This document shows positions 26,525-39,275 of a stretch of 64,000 nucleotides of DNA, in pieces (positions within the stretch are counted from its first letter, which is position 1; every line of letters begins with the position of its first letter). Source of the stretch: Heptranchias perlo (lineage: Eukaryota). Under the pieces are notes generated by a model, which was given only the letters and a program-made list of their open reading frames with translations, was not told the origin of the DNA and did no database searches. The position numbers and the translations under genes are program-made. The stretch is from assembly GCF_035084215.1 (NCBI RefSeq), contig NC_090356.1:26784001-26848000 (forward strand), read 5' to 3'.

Positions 26525-26810
26525 CACACTGTTAGGTGTATACCCTGTTAGATATGTACCCTGTTAGGTGTGTACCCTGTTAAGTATACAACCTGTTAGG
26601 TGTGCACTCTTTTAGGTATACACCTTGTTAAATGTATACCCAGATAGGTGTATACCCTGTTAGGGGTATACCTTGTTAAGTATATACCCTATTAGGTGTA
26701 CACCCTGTTAGGTATGTACCATGTTAGGTATATACCCTGTTAAGTGTGCACCCTATTAGTTGTGTACCCTGTTAGGTGTACACTATGGTAGACGTGATTC
26801 CTGTTAAGTG
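26525..26810. repeat. 16-bp minisatellite (ACCCTGTTAGGTGTAT), ~18 degenerate copies
   Basis: Directly visible periodicity. Confidence 0.9.
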
Positions 26811-28684
26811 ACCCCCAAGTAAAATAAAACCACATTTGCCTGCAGAGCACTTCAAAGTAACTGATTGTAAAACACTTTAAGATGTTCCTGAGCAATGTGA
26901 GGTGCTATATAAAGGCAAGACTTTCTTTTTAACTCCTTTAAAAAAAAAGGGCAAATATATATCTGGCTGAGAATTGGACTGAAGGATAAAGGTAGACACA
27001 GATGTTCAAATTCTTTATAGGAGTTGATGGGGCCAATTTTCATCTCCAGGACTAAGTCAGTTCTAATTTGGTTTAACACCTGCCTTAATCGCAAGAACAG
27101 ATGGACCTCAATTCTCTGCCTTAAGCACATTGCGATAATTATTCACAACGCCAGGTGTAAATTCAGATGGGCTAAGGATGACACCAGTGTTAGGAGAGGG
27201 AAAGGAAATATAAAGGGAGGAGAACAATTAGAGGGGAGTGTCACAATGGTGAGGGGGACAAAAACTCAGCAAATTCCTGGAGAGCCTTAGAAGACATCTC
27301 AACCAATGATCAGCCTTTTCCCAGGCGGAAAGTTCAAGGGATCAGAAAATGGTTGGTCCAGATGAAGGGAAAGGAAGTCAAGAGCATTGGCAAGTGATGG
27401 ACCAGACATGCCCCCAGCCTCCAGTTTGCTGGCTGTTCAAGGTGAGATGGTGCTGCATGAGGTGGCTGCGAGGAGGGCTTTCCTTTGTGCCACTCCACTG
27501 CACTATCCCCTAGGTCAGCACTGACCATTACTTTCCCTGCATATGCCGACCCTCTGCTACAAGGCACCTTCAGGCATCCTTACAACAGATGGCACAACAC
27601 CACATCTACTTTTGTGTAAACCTGGACCGTGAGAAGACAGCACGCATTGGCCATTTTCGGGTGGGTTTGCCAGGCCTTGCAGAAGTGGGCACTTTGGCAC
27701 GTGTGGCCAAATCAGCTCCCGATCAGCCTGGCATGTCTCCTTTCATGCAGTACCATGTGAAGCATGACATTCTGTCATTGGGTTTCTTTGCAAGAACCTT
27801 CCAGAAGAACGGTTAGTCAGGCCTTCACATCCCATGGTGACACCACAGGGGAGGCTCTCCTATGGCAGGAAGGACCTTCACCAACACAACATTTGCTGAA
27901 GCGAGGTAAGAGACCTCGGCTTGGTAGATGCGGAGGTGCAAGTACCAGCAGGAGGACATGGAGAACCTCCTCAGGAATCCTGACCCGCCTGGCATCTCTC
28001 TGCAGCTTCTCCTCTTCCTCTGAACATGTTAAGCTTGGAGGATCATTACTGGCAAACCCTCTAGTGCTAATAAAGATAATTGGGGCCAAAAGAACAATAA
28101 TGGAAACTGGCCAAATGCTCATGGAAGTCTAATTGCCAGAGGCAAAAAAAAAACCAAGAAGGCCCTTTAAAAGGCCTCACCTTTAAAATATGCTGATCTC
28201 TTAAAGGCCCACCCACCTGAAGGTTCACCCAAGGTCCCTTTCCCACTAGGTTTCCATTGGCGTGCGAGGAACTTAGCGTCCAACACTCCTGCACACCAGG
28301 AGACGTGGCTATATCTGTCCCCGCCTCCTCTTACACAAACAAATAAAGCTCCCACTGAAGATCAGGAGCTGTTTTTTTTCATTCCCCAGCTGTGCTACAT
28401 TAAACAAGAGCTGCCTTGCAATGTTTCAGGTGTCTGTTGCTCGCCCTCATCCACCAGTGTAAGCCCCAAGCTATAAAGGTTACCAAACTCTCCTGTGGGA
28501 CAAAGTCAATAAAAGGATGAACTCGAGCAGAGAAAAGCTGGAGTTTATCCTAAACTCTCCAGTTATTGTAAAAGTAAGAGTTTAATGAAATCATTCTTTG
28601 TGTGCCTCAGCAGAATCCACCATGTCAATATTAGGTGAGAGCAGGTTATATTACGGGAATTTTTCTATTAAAAGACACCAGACA

Positions 28685-28915
28685 ACAACAACTTGCATTT
28701 ATATAGCGCCTTTAACCTAGTAAAAAATCCCAAGGCGCTTCACAGGAGCGTTATCAAACAAAATTTGACACTGAGCCACATAAGGGGATATTAGGATAGG
28801 TGGCCAATAGCTTGGTCAAAGAGTGACTTAAGGAACGTCTTAACGGAGGAGAGAGGGGTGGAGAAGCAGAGAGGTTTAGGGAGGGAATTCCAGAGCTTAG
28901 GGCCTAGATGGCTGA
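28685..28915 (-). mobile_element. L2 LINE 3' end fragment
   Basis: ACAACAACAACTTGCATTTATATAGCGCC tail and GGGAGGGAATTCCAGAGCTTAGGGCC motif. Confidence 0.75.
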
Positions 28916-29379
28916 ATAACGCACAACCTAATAATTCAGTGCCTGAAAATCACGATAGGCCACTTTTAGCATTTCTAGTATATTATTTACAGGACGTCGG
29001 AGTTTGTGGCAATTCATGTGTAAACGTTCTTCGAGTTATGTGAAAGGATGTTCATTAGATTTACTGAAATAAAGACTGGGAACTGTGAGAAGTGTGTATC
29101 TCGTGCATCATCCTGTCATGCTTCATGGTCACTGACACAACACAATTAAATGGAAGTCGCTGTGTTGATACAGGACTGTGTCAGCAGTTAAGGAGGATGT
29201 CAGTCCAGATTGTTCCCTCGTACTATATCTAAAAGAGCCTCCTCAACAAAATAGATTACAATTCTGCAGAATCCATGATTTAACATTAGCAATTTTAACA
29301 CATGAACCCTTAGTGGATTTCTATCAAATTACTTTGCTATTTTAATGGTGGTGCTAACCTTTTTTACAATAACAGAGAC

Positions 29380-29705
29380 TAGAGAAACTGGGGTCGTCCG
29401 CCTTAGAGCAGAGCAGGCTAAGCAGAGATTTAATTGAGGTGTTCAAAATTATGTGGAGTTTTGAGGAAGTAACTATTTCCATTGGCAGAAGAGTCGGTGA
29501 CCACAGGACACAGATTTAAGATAATTGGCAAAAGAAGCAGAGCGGAGATGAGGAGAAATGTTTTTACACTGTGAGCTGTTATGATCAGGAATGCACTGCC
29601 TGAAAGGGTGGTGGAAGCAGATTCAATAAATTGGATAACTCTTTCAAAGAGCTAGCACAGGCACCATTGGCTAAAAGGCCTACTTCCCTACTGTATAATT
29701 CTCTG
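29380..29705 (+). mobile_element. CR1 LINE 3' fragment
   Basis: Similar to 9070-9490 (GGACACAGATTTAAG, GGAATGCACTGCCTGAAAGGG). Confidence 0.8.
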
Positions 29706-29756
29706 AACAGGTTAACACTTCTATTAAAACAACGAACAAAATCATTTCATTTGAAT

Positions 29757-30882
29757 ACTTTTTTTTTATTCGTTCATGGGATGTGGGTGTCGTTGGCGAG
29801 GCCAGCATTTATTGCCCATCCCTAATTGCCCTTGAGAAGGTGGTGGTGAGCCGTCTTCTTGAACTGCTGCAGTCCGTGTGGTGAAGGTTCTCCCACAGTG
29901 TTGTTAGGAAGGGAGTGCCAGGATTTTGACCCAGCGACGATGAAGGAACGGCGATATATTTCCAAGTCGGGATGGTGTGTGACTTGGAGGGGAACGTGCA
30001 GGTGGTGTTGTTCCCATGTGCCTGCTGCCCTTGTCCTTCTAGGTGGTAGAGGTCGCGGGTTTGGGAGGTGCTGTCGAAGAAGCCTTGGCGAGGTGTTGCA
30101 GTGCATCCTGTGGATGGTACACACTGCAGCCACAGTGCGCCGGTGGTGAAGGTAGTGAATGTTTAGGGTGGTGGATGTGGTGCCAATCAAGCGGGCTGCT
30201 TTGTCCTGGATGGTGTTGAGCTTCTTGAGTGTTGTTGGAGCTGCACTCATCCAGGCAAGTGGAGAGTATTCCATCACACTCCTGACTTGTGCCTTGTAGA
30301 TGGTGGAAAGGCTTTGGGGCGTCAGGAGGTGAGTCACTCGCCGCAGAATACCCAGCCTCTGAACACTGTGCAATCATCAGCGAACATCCCCATTTCTGAT
30401 GTTATGATGGAGAGAAGGTCATTGATGAAGCAGCTGAAGATGGTTGGGCCTAGGACACCGCCCTGAAGAACTCCTGCAGCAATGTCCTGGGGCTGAGGTG
30501 ATTGGCCTCCAACAATCATTACCATCTTCCTTTGTTCTAGATATGACTCCAGCCACTGGAGAGTTTTCCCCTGATTCCCATTGATTTCAATTTTACTAGG
30601 GCTCCTTGGTGCCACACTCGGTCAAATGCTGCCTTGATGTCAAGGGCAGTCACTCTCACCACACCTCTGGAATTCAGCTCTTTTGTCCATGTTTGGACCA
30701 AGGCTGTAATGAGGTCGGGAGCTGAGTGGTCCTGGCGGAACCCAAACTGAGCAGGTTATTGGTGAGTAAGTGCCGCTTGATAGCACTGTTGACGACACCT
30801 TCCATCACTTTGCTGATGATTGAGAGTAGACTGATGGGGCGGTAATTGGCCGGATTGGATTTGTCCTGCTTTTTGTAGACAA
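29757..30882 (-). mobile_element. CR1/L2-group LINE (family B), 5'-truncated and internally deleted RT
   Basis: ORFs DKSNPANYRPISLLSIISKVME, GVLQGGVLGPTIFSCFINDL...MFADDCT (RT motifs) and IYKAQVRSVMEYS; poly-T at 29759 is the A tail. Confidence 0.92.
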
Positions 30883-30949
30883 TTAAGCGCTCATACACTA
30901 ATATCACACAACGTAATTTCCAGGCTCTTATGTCTTGCTGGAGTGACAG

Positions 30950-31170
30950 TAGCACAGAGGTTTACAACACAGAAGGATGCAATTCGGCCCATCCTGTCAC
31001 TGCTGGCTCTTTGTTACAGCAATCCTAAACTAACCCCACTGTCCCATGCTCTCCCCATAGCTCTGTTATCTTCCTCAGGTTCAAATATTTAGCCACTTTC
31101 TTTTAAAATATGCAGCGGTCTCTCTTAGGGATAACTTTAAATTGATGACCCTTCATCGCTGACTTCTTAA
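30950..31170 (-). mobile_element. CR1-like 3' fragment (old)
   Basis: CACAGAAGG...ATTCGGCCCATC...CTCTCCCCATAGC is the reverse complement of a CR1 3' UTR. Confidence 0.55.
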
Positions 31171-31429
31171 ATGAAGAAAATAGGGGCTGATTTTCCTGCC
31201 CCTCCTCCCCTCCCCCCAGTCTCCCCCCCCCAACCCCACCACCCCGCCCTGGAACAGTGCATTTGAAGTACGAGAGGAGAATTGCTATTTCTTGCCCTGG
31301 GCCATCAACATTGATCCATCTCCTGGCAACATCGGCAAAAAAAGGGGAGGAAGTTCCAGAGAGTAGGAAAGTGGGAGTTAAAATTTTTGACAGCAAATGT
31401 GATGGGGGAGGAGAGAGAGAGACACACAC

Positions 31430-32050
31430 ACAGGAAGGGAGGGTCAGAGGTCACAAAGGGGCAGCAATGCTACGGAAGCAGATAAAGCTAACTTGATAGA
31501 GGATAGAATATGGAGTTTGAAGCTTAGCTCCGGGTCAAACAGAATGCCGAGGCCGCATGCAGTCTGGTTCAGCCTGAGGCAGTAACCAAGGAGCAGATGG
31601 CCCAAGGTACAGAGATTTTGTAGGGGCCACAAACTATAGGGGCGAATTCCCATGGTGACTCTCCCACTCGTCCTCCATAAGTTTGGTGGAAGAACCACGA
31701 AAATCGCACAAAAAATGCCCATACAGGGTTTATGCTATTCCAGGGCTTCTGTGGTTGCTCTGACTAAGTCACAGTGAACAATTGGGTGAATCCCAGTGGA
31801 AATTCACCCCCTATGGCTTCAGTCTTCCCGATGTTCAATTGGAGGAAATTCTGGCTCATCCACAATTTAATATCAGACAGGCAGTCTGACGGAGATGGTG
31901 GTGAGGTTGAGGGAAATGGCGGAGGGGTATAGCTGGGTGCTGTCAGCTTATGTGCGCAGGTTGTCCCTGTGTTTACAGATGTCACCAAGGCCCAGCAGGT
32001 AGATGAGGAAGAGAAGCAGGCCACGGTTGGATCCTTGGTCAGCTCTGCAG
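31430..32050 (-). mobile_element. L2 LINE RT fragment, interrupted by a MITE
   Basis: Translation SDCLSDIKLWMSQNFLQLNIGKTEAI and LGILFDPELSFKLHI, both typical of L2 ORF2. Confidence 0.8.
31638..31811. mobile_element. 174-bp Harbinger-type MITE with TAT target-site duplication
   Basis: TIRs AGGGGCGAATTCC / GGAAATTCACCCCC; TAT at 31635-37 and 31812-14; removing it restores the L2 sequence. Confidence 0.85.
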
Positions 32051-32107
32051 CTGAAGGGGAAGCTATTGATGCCGATATTAAGGGAATGGAACCACAGGAG
32101 GACAGTC

Positions 32108-32690
32108 TTTTTTTTTTATTCATTCATGGGATGTGGGCGTCGCTGGCAAGACCAGCATTTAATGCCCATCCCCAATTGCCCTTGAGAAGGTGGTGGTGAG
32201 CCGCCTTCTTCAACCGCTGCAGTCCGTGTGGTAAAGGTTCTCCCACAGTGCTGTTGGGTAGGGAGTTCCAGGATTTTGACCCAGCGACGATGAAGGAACG
32301 GCGATATATTTCCACGTCGGGATGGTGTGTGACTTGGAGGGGAACGTGCAGGTGGTGTTGTTCCCATGTGCCTGCTGTTCTTGTCCTTCTAGGTGGTAGA
32401 GGTTGTGGGTTTGGGAGGTGCTGTCGAAGAAGCCTTGGCGAGTTGCTGCAGTGCATCCTGTGGATGGTACACACCGCAGCCACTGTGCGCCGGTGGTGAA
32501 GGGAGTGAATGTTTAGGGTGGTGGATGTGGTGCCAATCAAGCGGGCTGCTTTGTCCTGGATGGTGTTGAGCTTCTTGAGTGTTGTTGGAGCTGCACTCAT
32601 CCCGGCAAGTGGAGAGTATTCCATCACACTCCTGACTTGTGCCTTGTAGATGGTGGGGAGTCAGGAGATGAGTCACTCGCCGTAGGATAC
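32108..32690 (-). mobile_element. LINE family B 3' fragment
   Basis: Nearly identical to 29757-30350; ORF 32124-32627. Confidence 0.9.
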
Positions 32691-32911
32691 TCACGGAGGT
32701 GAACCACAGAGGCGGGGGTTGTCGGTACAATCGATGATGCCGATCGCTGCAAGACGTTGAGGACCACAAGGAGGGATAACGAGCCACGGTCACGTTCACA
32801 ACAGGTACCATTGGTGACATTAACCAGGGCTGTCTCGGTTCTGTGGGTAGCACAGAATCCGGACAGAAAAGATTTGAATAGGAATTGGTGGGAGAGGTGA
32901 GCACACAGCTA

Positions 32912-33297
32912 GAAAGAAAGAAGGAACTTGCATTTATACATCTCCTTTCAAGACCTCAGGGTGTCCCAAAGCGCTTTACAGCCAATTAAGCAGTTTTTGA
33001 AGTGTAGTCACTGTTGTAATGTAGGAAACGCAGCAATCAATTTGTGCACAGCAAGCTCCCACAAACAACAACGTAATAATGACCAGGTAATCTGTTCTAG
33101 TAATGTTGGTTGAGAGATAAATGTTGGCCAGGATATCGGGGAGAACTCCCATGCTCTTTGTCGAAACAGTGCCATGGGATCTTTTACATCCACCTGAGAG
33201 GACAGACGAGGCCTCAGTTTAACGTCTCATCCGAAAGTCAGCACCTCGGACAGTGCAGCGCTCCCTCAGTACTGGATTTTGTGCTCAAGTCTCTGGA
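32912..33297 (-). mobile_element. SacSINE1-like Deu-SINE
   Basis: Similar to 2561-2960. Confidence 0.8.
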
Positions 33298-33839
33298 AGG
33301 TAACAACATGTTCAACAAACTTAAGCAAGAAAGGAAGGTTAGAAATTAGGAGGGAGTTGGAGGCCATCAGGCAGTGGATGTGCCATGGTTGAGGTGGGGG
33401 GTGGGGTGGGGGAGACATGTCGATCCGTTGTTATTGGTGATGTCCTCCTTTAATCAGCTGCACCCTTTTAAAGGCTGCAACAGTGCTTAATGTCTCCCCC
33501 TCCCAGTGGTGGAAGCCAATGAAGAGTGTCCTACGTGGATAATGATGACCCTGGGAAACAAGTCCAGTGGGTTTGTGGCAGAGTCACATGGGTGGGCGGC
33601 AGTCCCGCCCCATTGCTAACCCACCAAAAGAGCAGAATTCAGCCCTTGGTGTAACATAGTCATCCAGACTTTAGCGGAGGATTGGGGAATTTACAATGGA
33701 AACAAAGACCGTGAGGTACTTATACCACTTGTAACAACCAAGAACCTTTCTTGCAAATAAATAACCAGACCCCAGTCACCGGGGGGGAGGGAGGAAGGCG
33801 GAGACAGCCCACAATTAAAGGTAACTATCAGGAACCAGG

Positions 33840-34090
33840 ATATGGAGATGGCAGAAGCAAGCGGGAGGAAAATGAGAGCAGGGAGTTTCAGTGAGAGTCA
33901 GTTAGAGCATCTCTCAAGTGGGATAAGGTAGGGGAGGGATGCACTTCTTTGGAGTTAGAGGGGAACAAAAACTGCGAACTGTGCTGCACGAGATGTTTGG
34001 AAGGAAGTGACACTGGCAGTGAGTGGAAAATCCCAAGGACACTCCTGCAGTGTCACGAAAGGTTCAATGATCTGACAGCGGCAGCGAAGG
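33840..34090 (+). pseudogene. Decayed Harbinger Myb/SANT-like DNA-binding gene, exon 1 (possible exon 2 from 34828)
   Basis: Frameshifted translation RAGSFSESQLEHL...WKEVTLAVS...PRTLLQCHERFNDLTAAAK matches the W..V...R...QC.KRF.DL pattern. An acceptor TTTTTATCTCTACAG ends at 34827. An element end ATTTTCAGCCCC lies at 35475. Confidence 0.6.
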
Positions 34091-34408
34091 CAGCTGCTAT
34101 GGCAACTATGTGTCAAGACTAATTAGTAGCACAGAAGGACAGAGACAAGTGCACACTGCACGCCATAAGAGGTCCAGCACTACTCTGTGGATTGTCACAG
34201 CCAGCAAGGAATTAACAACTACAGTTACTCTAACAACTGGATCGCATGTATCCATCCATACATGTCTTGTGAAACATCACCTTTCATGCTAAAGTCCTTA
34301 CACTGCTGAATGCTTGAGAATATCAAGAGACTTTACATGTGTAATTTCTGTGGATATAATTGTGTGGGGCCCCTAATAACCCAGAGAAGGAATTGCTAAC
34401 ACGCCTCA

Positions 34409-34780
34409 ATTACTTTTGAAGTGTAGTCATTGTTGTAAAGTGGGAATCGTGGCAGCCAATTTGCGCACAGCAAGGTCCCACAAACAACAACGTGATAATG
34501 ACCAGATAATCTGTTTTTTTAGTGAAGTCGGTTGAGGGATAAATATTGGCAAGGACACTGGAAGAAACTACACTGCTCTTCTTCGAAATGGTGCCATGGG
34601 ATCTTTTACATCTACCTGAGAGGGCAGACAGGGCCTCGGTTTAATGTCATAACTAAAAGATTGCACCTTTGACAGTGCAGCAATCCCTCAGTAGATTTAG
34701 TGCTCAAGTCTCTGGAGTGGGACTTCAACCTACAGCCTTCTGACTCAGAGGCGAGAGTGTTACTAACTGAGCCATGGCCG
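34409..34780 (-). mobile_element. SacSINE1-like Deu-SINE
   Basis: Central domain plus tRNA-like head (GGGACTTCAACC...TGACTCAGAGG). Confidence 0.8.
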
Positions 34781-35621
34781 GCACCCATCATCTGAAGGTC
34801 TTTTTTTAATCATTTTTATCTCTACAGAAGCAAGAACACGCAAATCACAGGCTGATGCCCAGGAGAGAAGATTCCTGGGCCACCATCACTTGGACGAGTC
34901 ACCGGAAATTTCCCCACTCTGTCATTCACCCCATCATTAGCACGTGGCATCCCAGGAAGAGAACGGGGTGAAGTAGATAGTGTAGGTGAGGAAACGTCAC
35001 TGGGTGAGGTGCAATACGCAAGGAAGCCAAAGGATGTGGCAGTGGAAGAGGAACCCCCAATGCTCCCCAGTAGAGGCTAAGGAAAAGTTAGCCCCTGACT
35101 CTAGAGCAGATAGACGATGATTTCAGGGTCCTTCCACGAAGAGAAGGTTGCTAACGGGGCATCGCACGCAAATGGAGATCTGTGTACTATTTCATACAAA
35201 GTGCCGCAGATGACTGTGATTTTGGCCAAATCCAATGCCATCCTTTGTGGCATCATCAGAGGGATCTTCATTGCTGCGGTGCAGTCTGGAGTGAGTAGCA
35301 GCTGGAGAACCATCTCCATCCACCCCTCCTAAGAGGGAGGCCTCCAGGCTACTGAGCATCTCCACCATGCAATCTTTCACCAAGTGCCTCCAGGTCTTGG
35401 GAGACCAAATGGAGATTGAAGACACTATTTTCGGATTTCTCCAGTGCACTGAAGGGGCTGGGGATTTTCAGCCCCTATATGTACCCGCATTATTAACCCT
35501 GCCATCTTTCTGTTACAGTATCGAGGTTCGAGAATGAATCCAATCGCCACTTGTTCTTTTCTTAAAAGAAAGACATGCATTTACATAGCACCTCAAAAAT
35601 GTCTCAAACCACTTCATTTAC

Positions 35622-36090
35622 AGTTACATAGAATTACATAGAAATTACAGCACAGGAAACAGGCCATTCGACCTAACAGGTCTATGCCGGTGTTTATGCT
35701 CCACACAAGCCTCCTCCCACCCTACTTCATCGCACCCCATCAGCATATCCTTCTATTCCTTTCTTCCTCCTGTACATATATCTAGCTTCCCCTTAAATGT
35801 ATCTATGCTATTCACCTCAGCTACTCCTTGTGGTAGCAAGTTCCTCATTCTAACCACTCTCTGAATAAAGAAATTTCTCCTGAGTTCTCTTTTCGATTTA
35901 TTAGTGACTATCTTATATTTATGGCCCTTAGTTTAGGATTCCCCCACAAGTGGACACATTTTCTCTCTGTCCACCCTATCAAACCCCTTCATAATTTTGA
36001 AGACCTCTATCAGATCACCTCTCAGTCTTCTCTTTTCTAGAGAAAAGGGCTCCAACCTATTCAGCCTTTCCTGATAGTTCGAACCTCTCT
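35622..36090 (-). mobile_element. CR1 LINE 3' fragment
   Basis: (TTACATAGAA) tail and reverse complement of the 5498/8040 family. Confidence 0.85.
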
Positions 36091-37069
36091 TTCCTGATAG
36101 ATGTTATATTTGCTGTTGCCTCAAGTCTGCCAGATGACGACCGGCTGCCTCTATGGAGGCCCAGGACTGGCCAGGGAAGCTTTTGTTCCTCTTTGCAAGG
36201 ATTCCAAGCTGTGCCCACCAGTCACACACTTGGAATTCTGTGGCTGCGCAGGAATCCAGCCAGCGGACATCCTGTTCATGGACTCGGTTCCGGAATAAGA
36301 CAGGAGCTCCGACAATGCTTGGGCCTGTGTCAGCAGGGCCCATTGTAGCTGCATCAGCTCCTGTATTCCCCTCACTGCCCCTCCAACTCTCCAGCTTTCT
36401 CCCCAGAGTGTCGAAGCCTGCTTTGACAGCTTCCTGGACCGGCTCAGGGAGTGATATTAGCAGCCAGTGGAGGGTACAGTGCGTATCAGGGTAATGCTGA
36501 GGGTTCACCAAGGTCTTTCATTATTGGCAGCGTAGACAGGTGAACTTAGACCCAAAGCTACTCACTGTGTCGATAGCACAAAGGGGGCAAACTCACCACC
36601 TCAGGTGCTGCGTTCACTTGAGTTATTGAACACAGCGGGGTAGAAATTGGTTATGCATTGCGCCCATTTTTCTGGTCCAGGAAGCTGTCAAAGTGGGCTT
36701 CGACTCTCTGGGGAGAAGGCTGGAGAGCTGGAGGGGAGAGGTACAGGAGCCGATACAGCTACAAGGAACATTAGAGATCCTCCGACTCCATAGTTGTCAC
36801 GATTGCCCGCCAACCCCCTCCCCCAATCCCCCTTCCCTGGACTTACCTGAGAGCCACTGTAGATGAAGCCCAAGGACCAATTCCTGCCGATCCTTGGGCC
36901 TCTCGATTCCTGACAGATTCATGTTCTTTTTAAACTAATGTTACACCTGATGGTGTATTGAAGGGATCCCGGGGAATGCTGACTCCTGCTTCGATTTGGA
37001 AAAAGGCAGCATGAATTTTAAGCAGGAATATCATTTTGTACTCAGACTAAAGTTAGCGCAGACATTCAC

Positions 37070-37267
37070 CCCTTTGATTTGTTGCCTTGTGGCGGTCCAG
37101 TTCTGGGTTATGATTACTGTGCACGATGCTGGTCTGGTTGGCATTGTGAGGACCATAATAGTAGATATGTATCTAGTCCATGCTTCTCGTATGGTGGAAA
37201 ATGCCTGTTTCCTGACAGTCCATGGAAGCTCTCCATCATCATTTAATTCATTGAAATCGTTTTTCAT
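37070..37267 (-). other. Candidate 198-bp exon, open in frame (MKNDFNELNDDGELPWTV...RQQIKG), product unknown
   Basis: Acceptor TTTTCTCAAAG at 37268, donor GGG|GTGAAT at 37069; phase 0-0 with no stop; unique sequence. No recognisable homology. Confidence 0.25.
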
Positions 37268-37504
37268 CTTTGAGAAAACCCAAATTTAAGAAGCAGCAGA
37301 AACCACGACCTAAAAAATACGTATATCCCTACTTAACGTTAGTGTTTTCATCCCAGAGGACGTATCACTCATTGAATATGCACTGCAGTTCACAATGATT
37401 TGTCGTCAAAGACTTAAAAGCACAATTCTGCTCTATTATTTCTATGACCAGAAGAGGTGATAGGGTAAATTTTGCAAGTCTGTGCTCCAGCTCCAAATTG
37501 CATA

Positions 37505-37772
37505 GTAAAATCATCCCAAGGCGCTTCACAGGAGCGATATCAGACAAAATCTGACACCGAGCCAGATCAAGAGATATTAGGACAGGTGACCAAATGCTTA
37601 GTCAAAGAGCGTTTTAAGGAGCGTCTTAAAGGAGCAGAGAGGGAGGCAGAGAGGTTTAGGAAGGGAATTCCAGACCTTAGGACCTAGACAGCTGAAGGCA
37701 CGGCTGCCAATGGAGGAGCGAAGGAAATCGGGGATTCGCAAGAGGCCAGAATGAGAGGAGCACAGAGATCTC
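37505..37772 (-). mobile_element. L2 LINE 3' fragment
   Basis: Similar to 28720-28915. Confidence 0.75.
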
Positions 37773-38171
37773 AAGAAACGGAGCCTCGTTTAATGGGAGT
37801 GTGGGATTCTGAATCGAGCGCCCAGTTCACAACATTTCCAATTCTCCAGTGTCACCAGAATCTTGAGCACAATCCCAGGTCCCGGCGCCCTGTGGTGAAA
37901 CACACAGCTCGCTCTGCCATCACAATGCTCCCTGCAGGGTTGACTTCCAATTGTCTGAGATCTCAAGACTGGCAGATGGGATGGTGAAGAATGGTAACAT
38001 GTTCTGTCTGTTTATAGTCTGTATTTCCTTCTGTGTTTATGTCACTGCCACTGCTGAGGAGAATATGCTTGATGTGAAATATTGCTGAAACCTTACTGCT
38101 GCCTCTCTCTTGGCCTCTTCACTCAGTCCCATCAGTGGCTACAGCTGTTAGGACCATGTAATCGTGCAAGT

Positions 38172-39015
38172 GCACTGACCCCGAGACAGTCACTGACCCC
38201 CCGAGACGGTCACTGACCCCGAGACAGACACTGACCCCGAGACATCACTGACCCCCCGAGGCGGACACTGACCCCGAGACAGACACTGACCCCGAGCCGG
38301 TCACTGACCCTGAGACAGTCACTGACCCCCCCGAGACGGTCACTGACCCCCCGAGACAGTCACTCACCCCGAGCCGGTCACTGACCCCGAGACAGACACT
38401 GACCCCCCCCCGAGACAGACACTGACCCCGAGACGGTCACTGACCCCCCGAGACAGTCACTGACCCCAAGACGGTCACTGATCCCGAGACAGTCACTGAC
38501 CCCGAGACAGTCACTGACCCCCCGAGACAGTCACTGACCCCGAGACAGTCACTGACCCCCCGAGACAGTCACTGACCTCCCCAAGACAGACACTGGCCCT
38601 GAGATGGTCACTGACCCCGAGACGGTCACTGACCCCCCGAGACAGTCACTGACCCCGAGACAGTCACTGACCTCCCCAAGACAGACACTGGCCCTGAGAT
38701 GGTCACTGACCCCGAGACGGTCACTGACCCCCCGAGACAGTCACTGACCCCGAGACAGTCACTGACCTCCCCAAGACAGTCACTGACCCTGAGATGGTCA
38801 CTGACCCCGAGACGGTCACTGACCCCCCGAGACAGTCACTGACCCCGAGACAGTCACTGACCTCCCCAAGACAGTCACTGACCCTGAGATGGTCACTGAC
38901 CCCGAGACAGTCACTGACCCCAAGACGGTCACTGATCCCAAGACAGAAACTGACCCCCGAGACAGTCACTGACCCCCGAGACAGTCACTGACCCCAAGAC
39001 GGCCACTGACCCCGA
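38172..39015. repeat. Minisatellite, ~18-22-bp unit CAGTCACTGACCCCGAGA with variable C-run
   Basis: Directly visible. Confidence 0.95.
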
Positions 39016-39275
39016 GCGGGTCCAGTGAAAAGTCTTAAGTGATGGCACGACCTGATCCCCAATAATCTTATCAACTATTTTCATATTACCAATTGCAAAC
39101 ATGCCCTTTACATGATCGTACTTGTGCAGATTTGACATCAAATTAAGTAGGTGGTATTTAGTATTGTTTAGTAAAATGTAGGAGTCTCCAAACCAAACCC
39201 TTGCATGGGGCACCTCACAAGGCAAACGTCACTCCTGAGACTTGTTGCCATCATGTAAAAAGCTGTACTGATTTT

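Noticed and set aside
26525-26810. Interstitial telomere repeat (TTAGG)
   Set aside because: TTAGG is only part of a 16-bp unit; there is no tandem TTAGGG.
27340-28360. Possible decayed Harbinger coding region
   Set aside because: Only faint motif-like similarity, with conflicting orientation.
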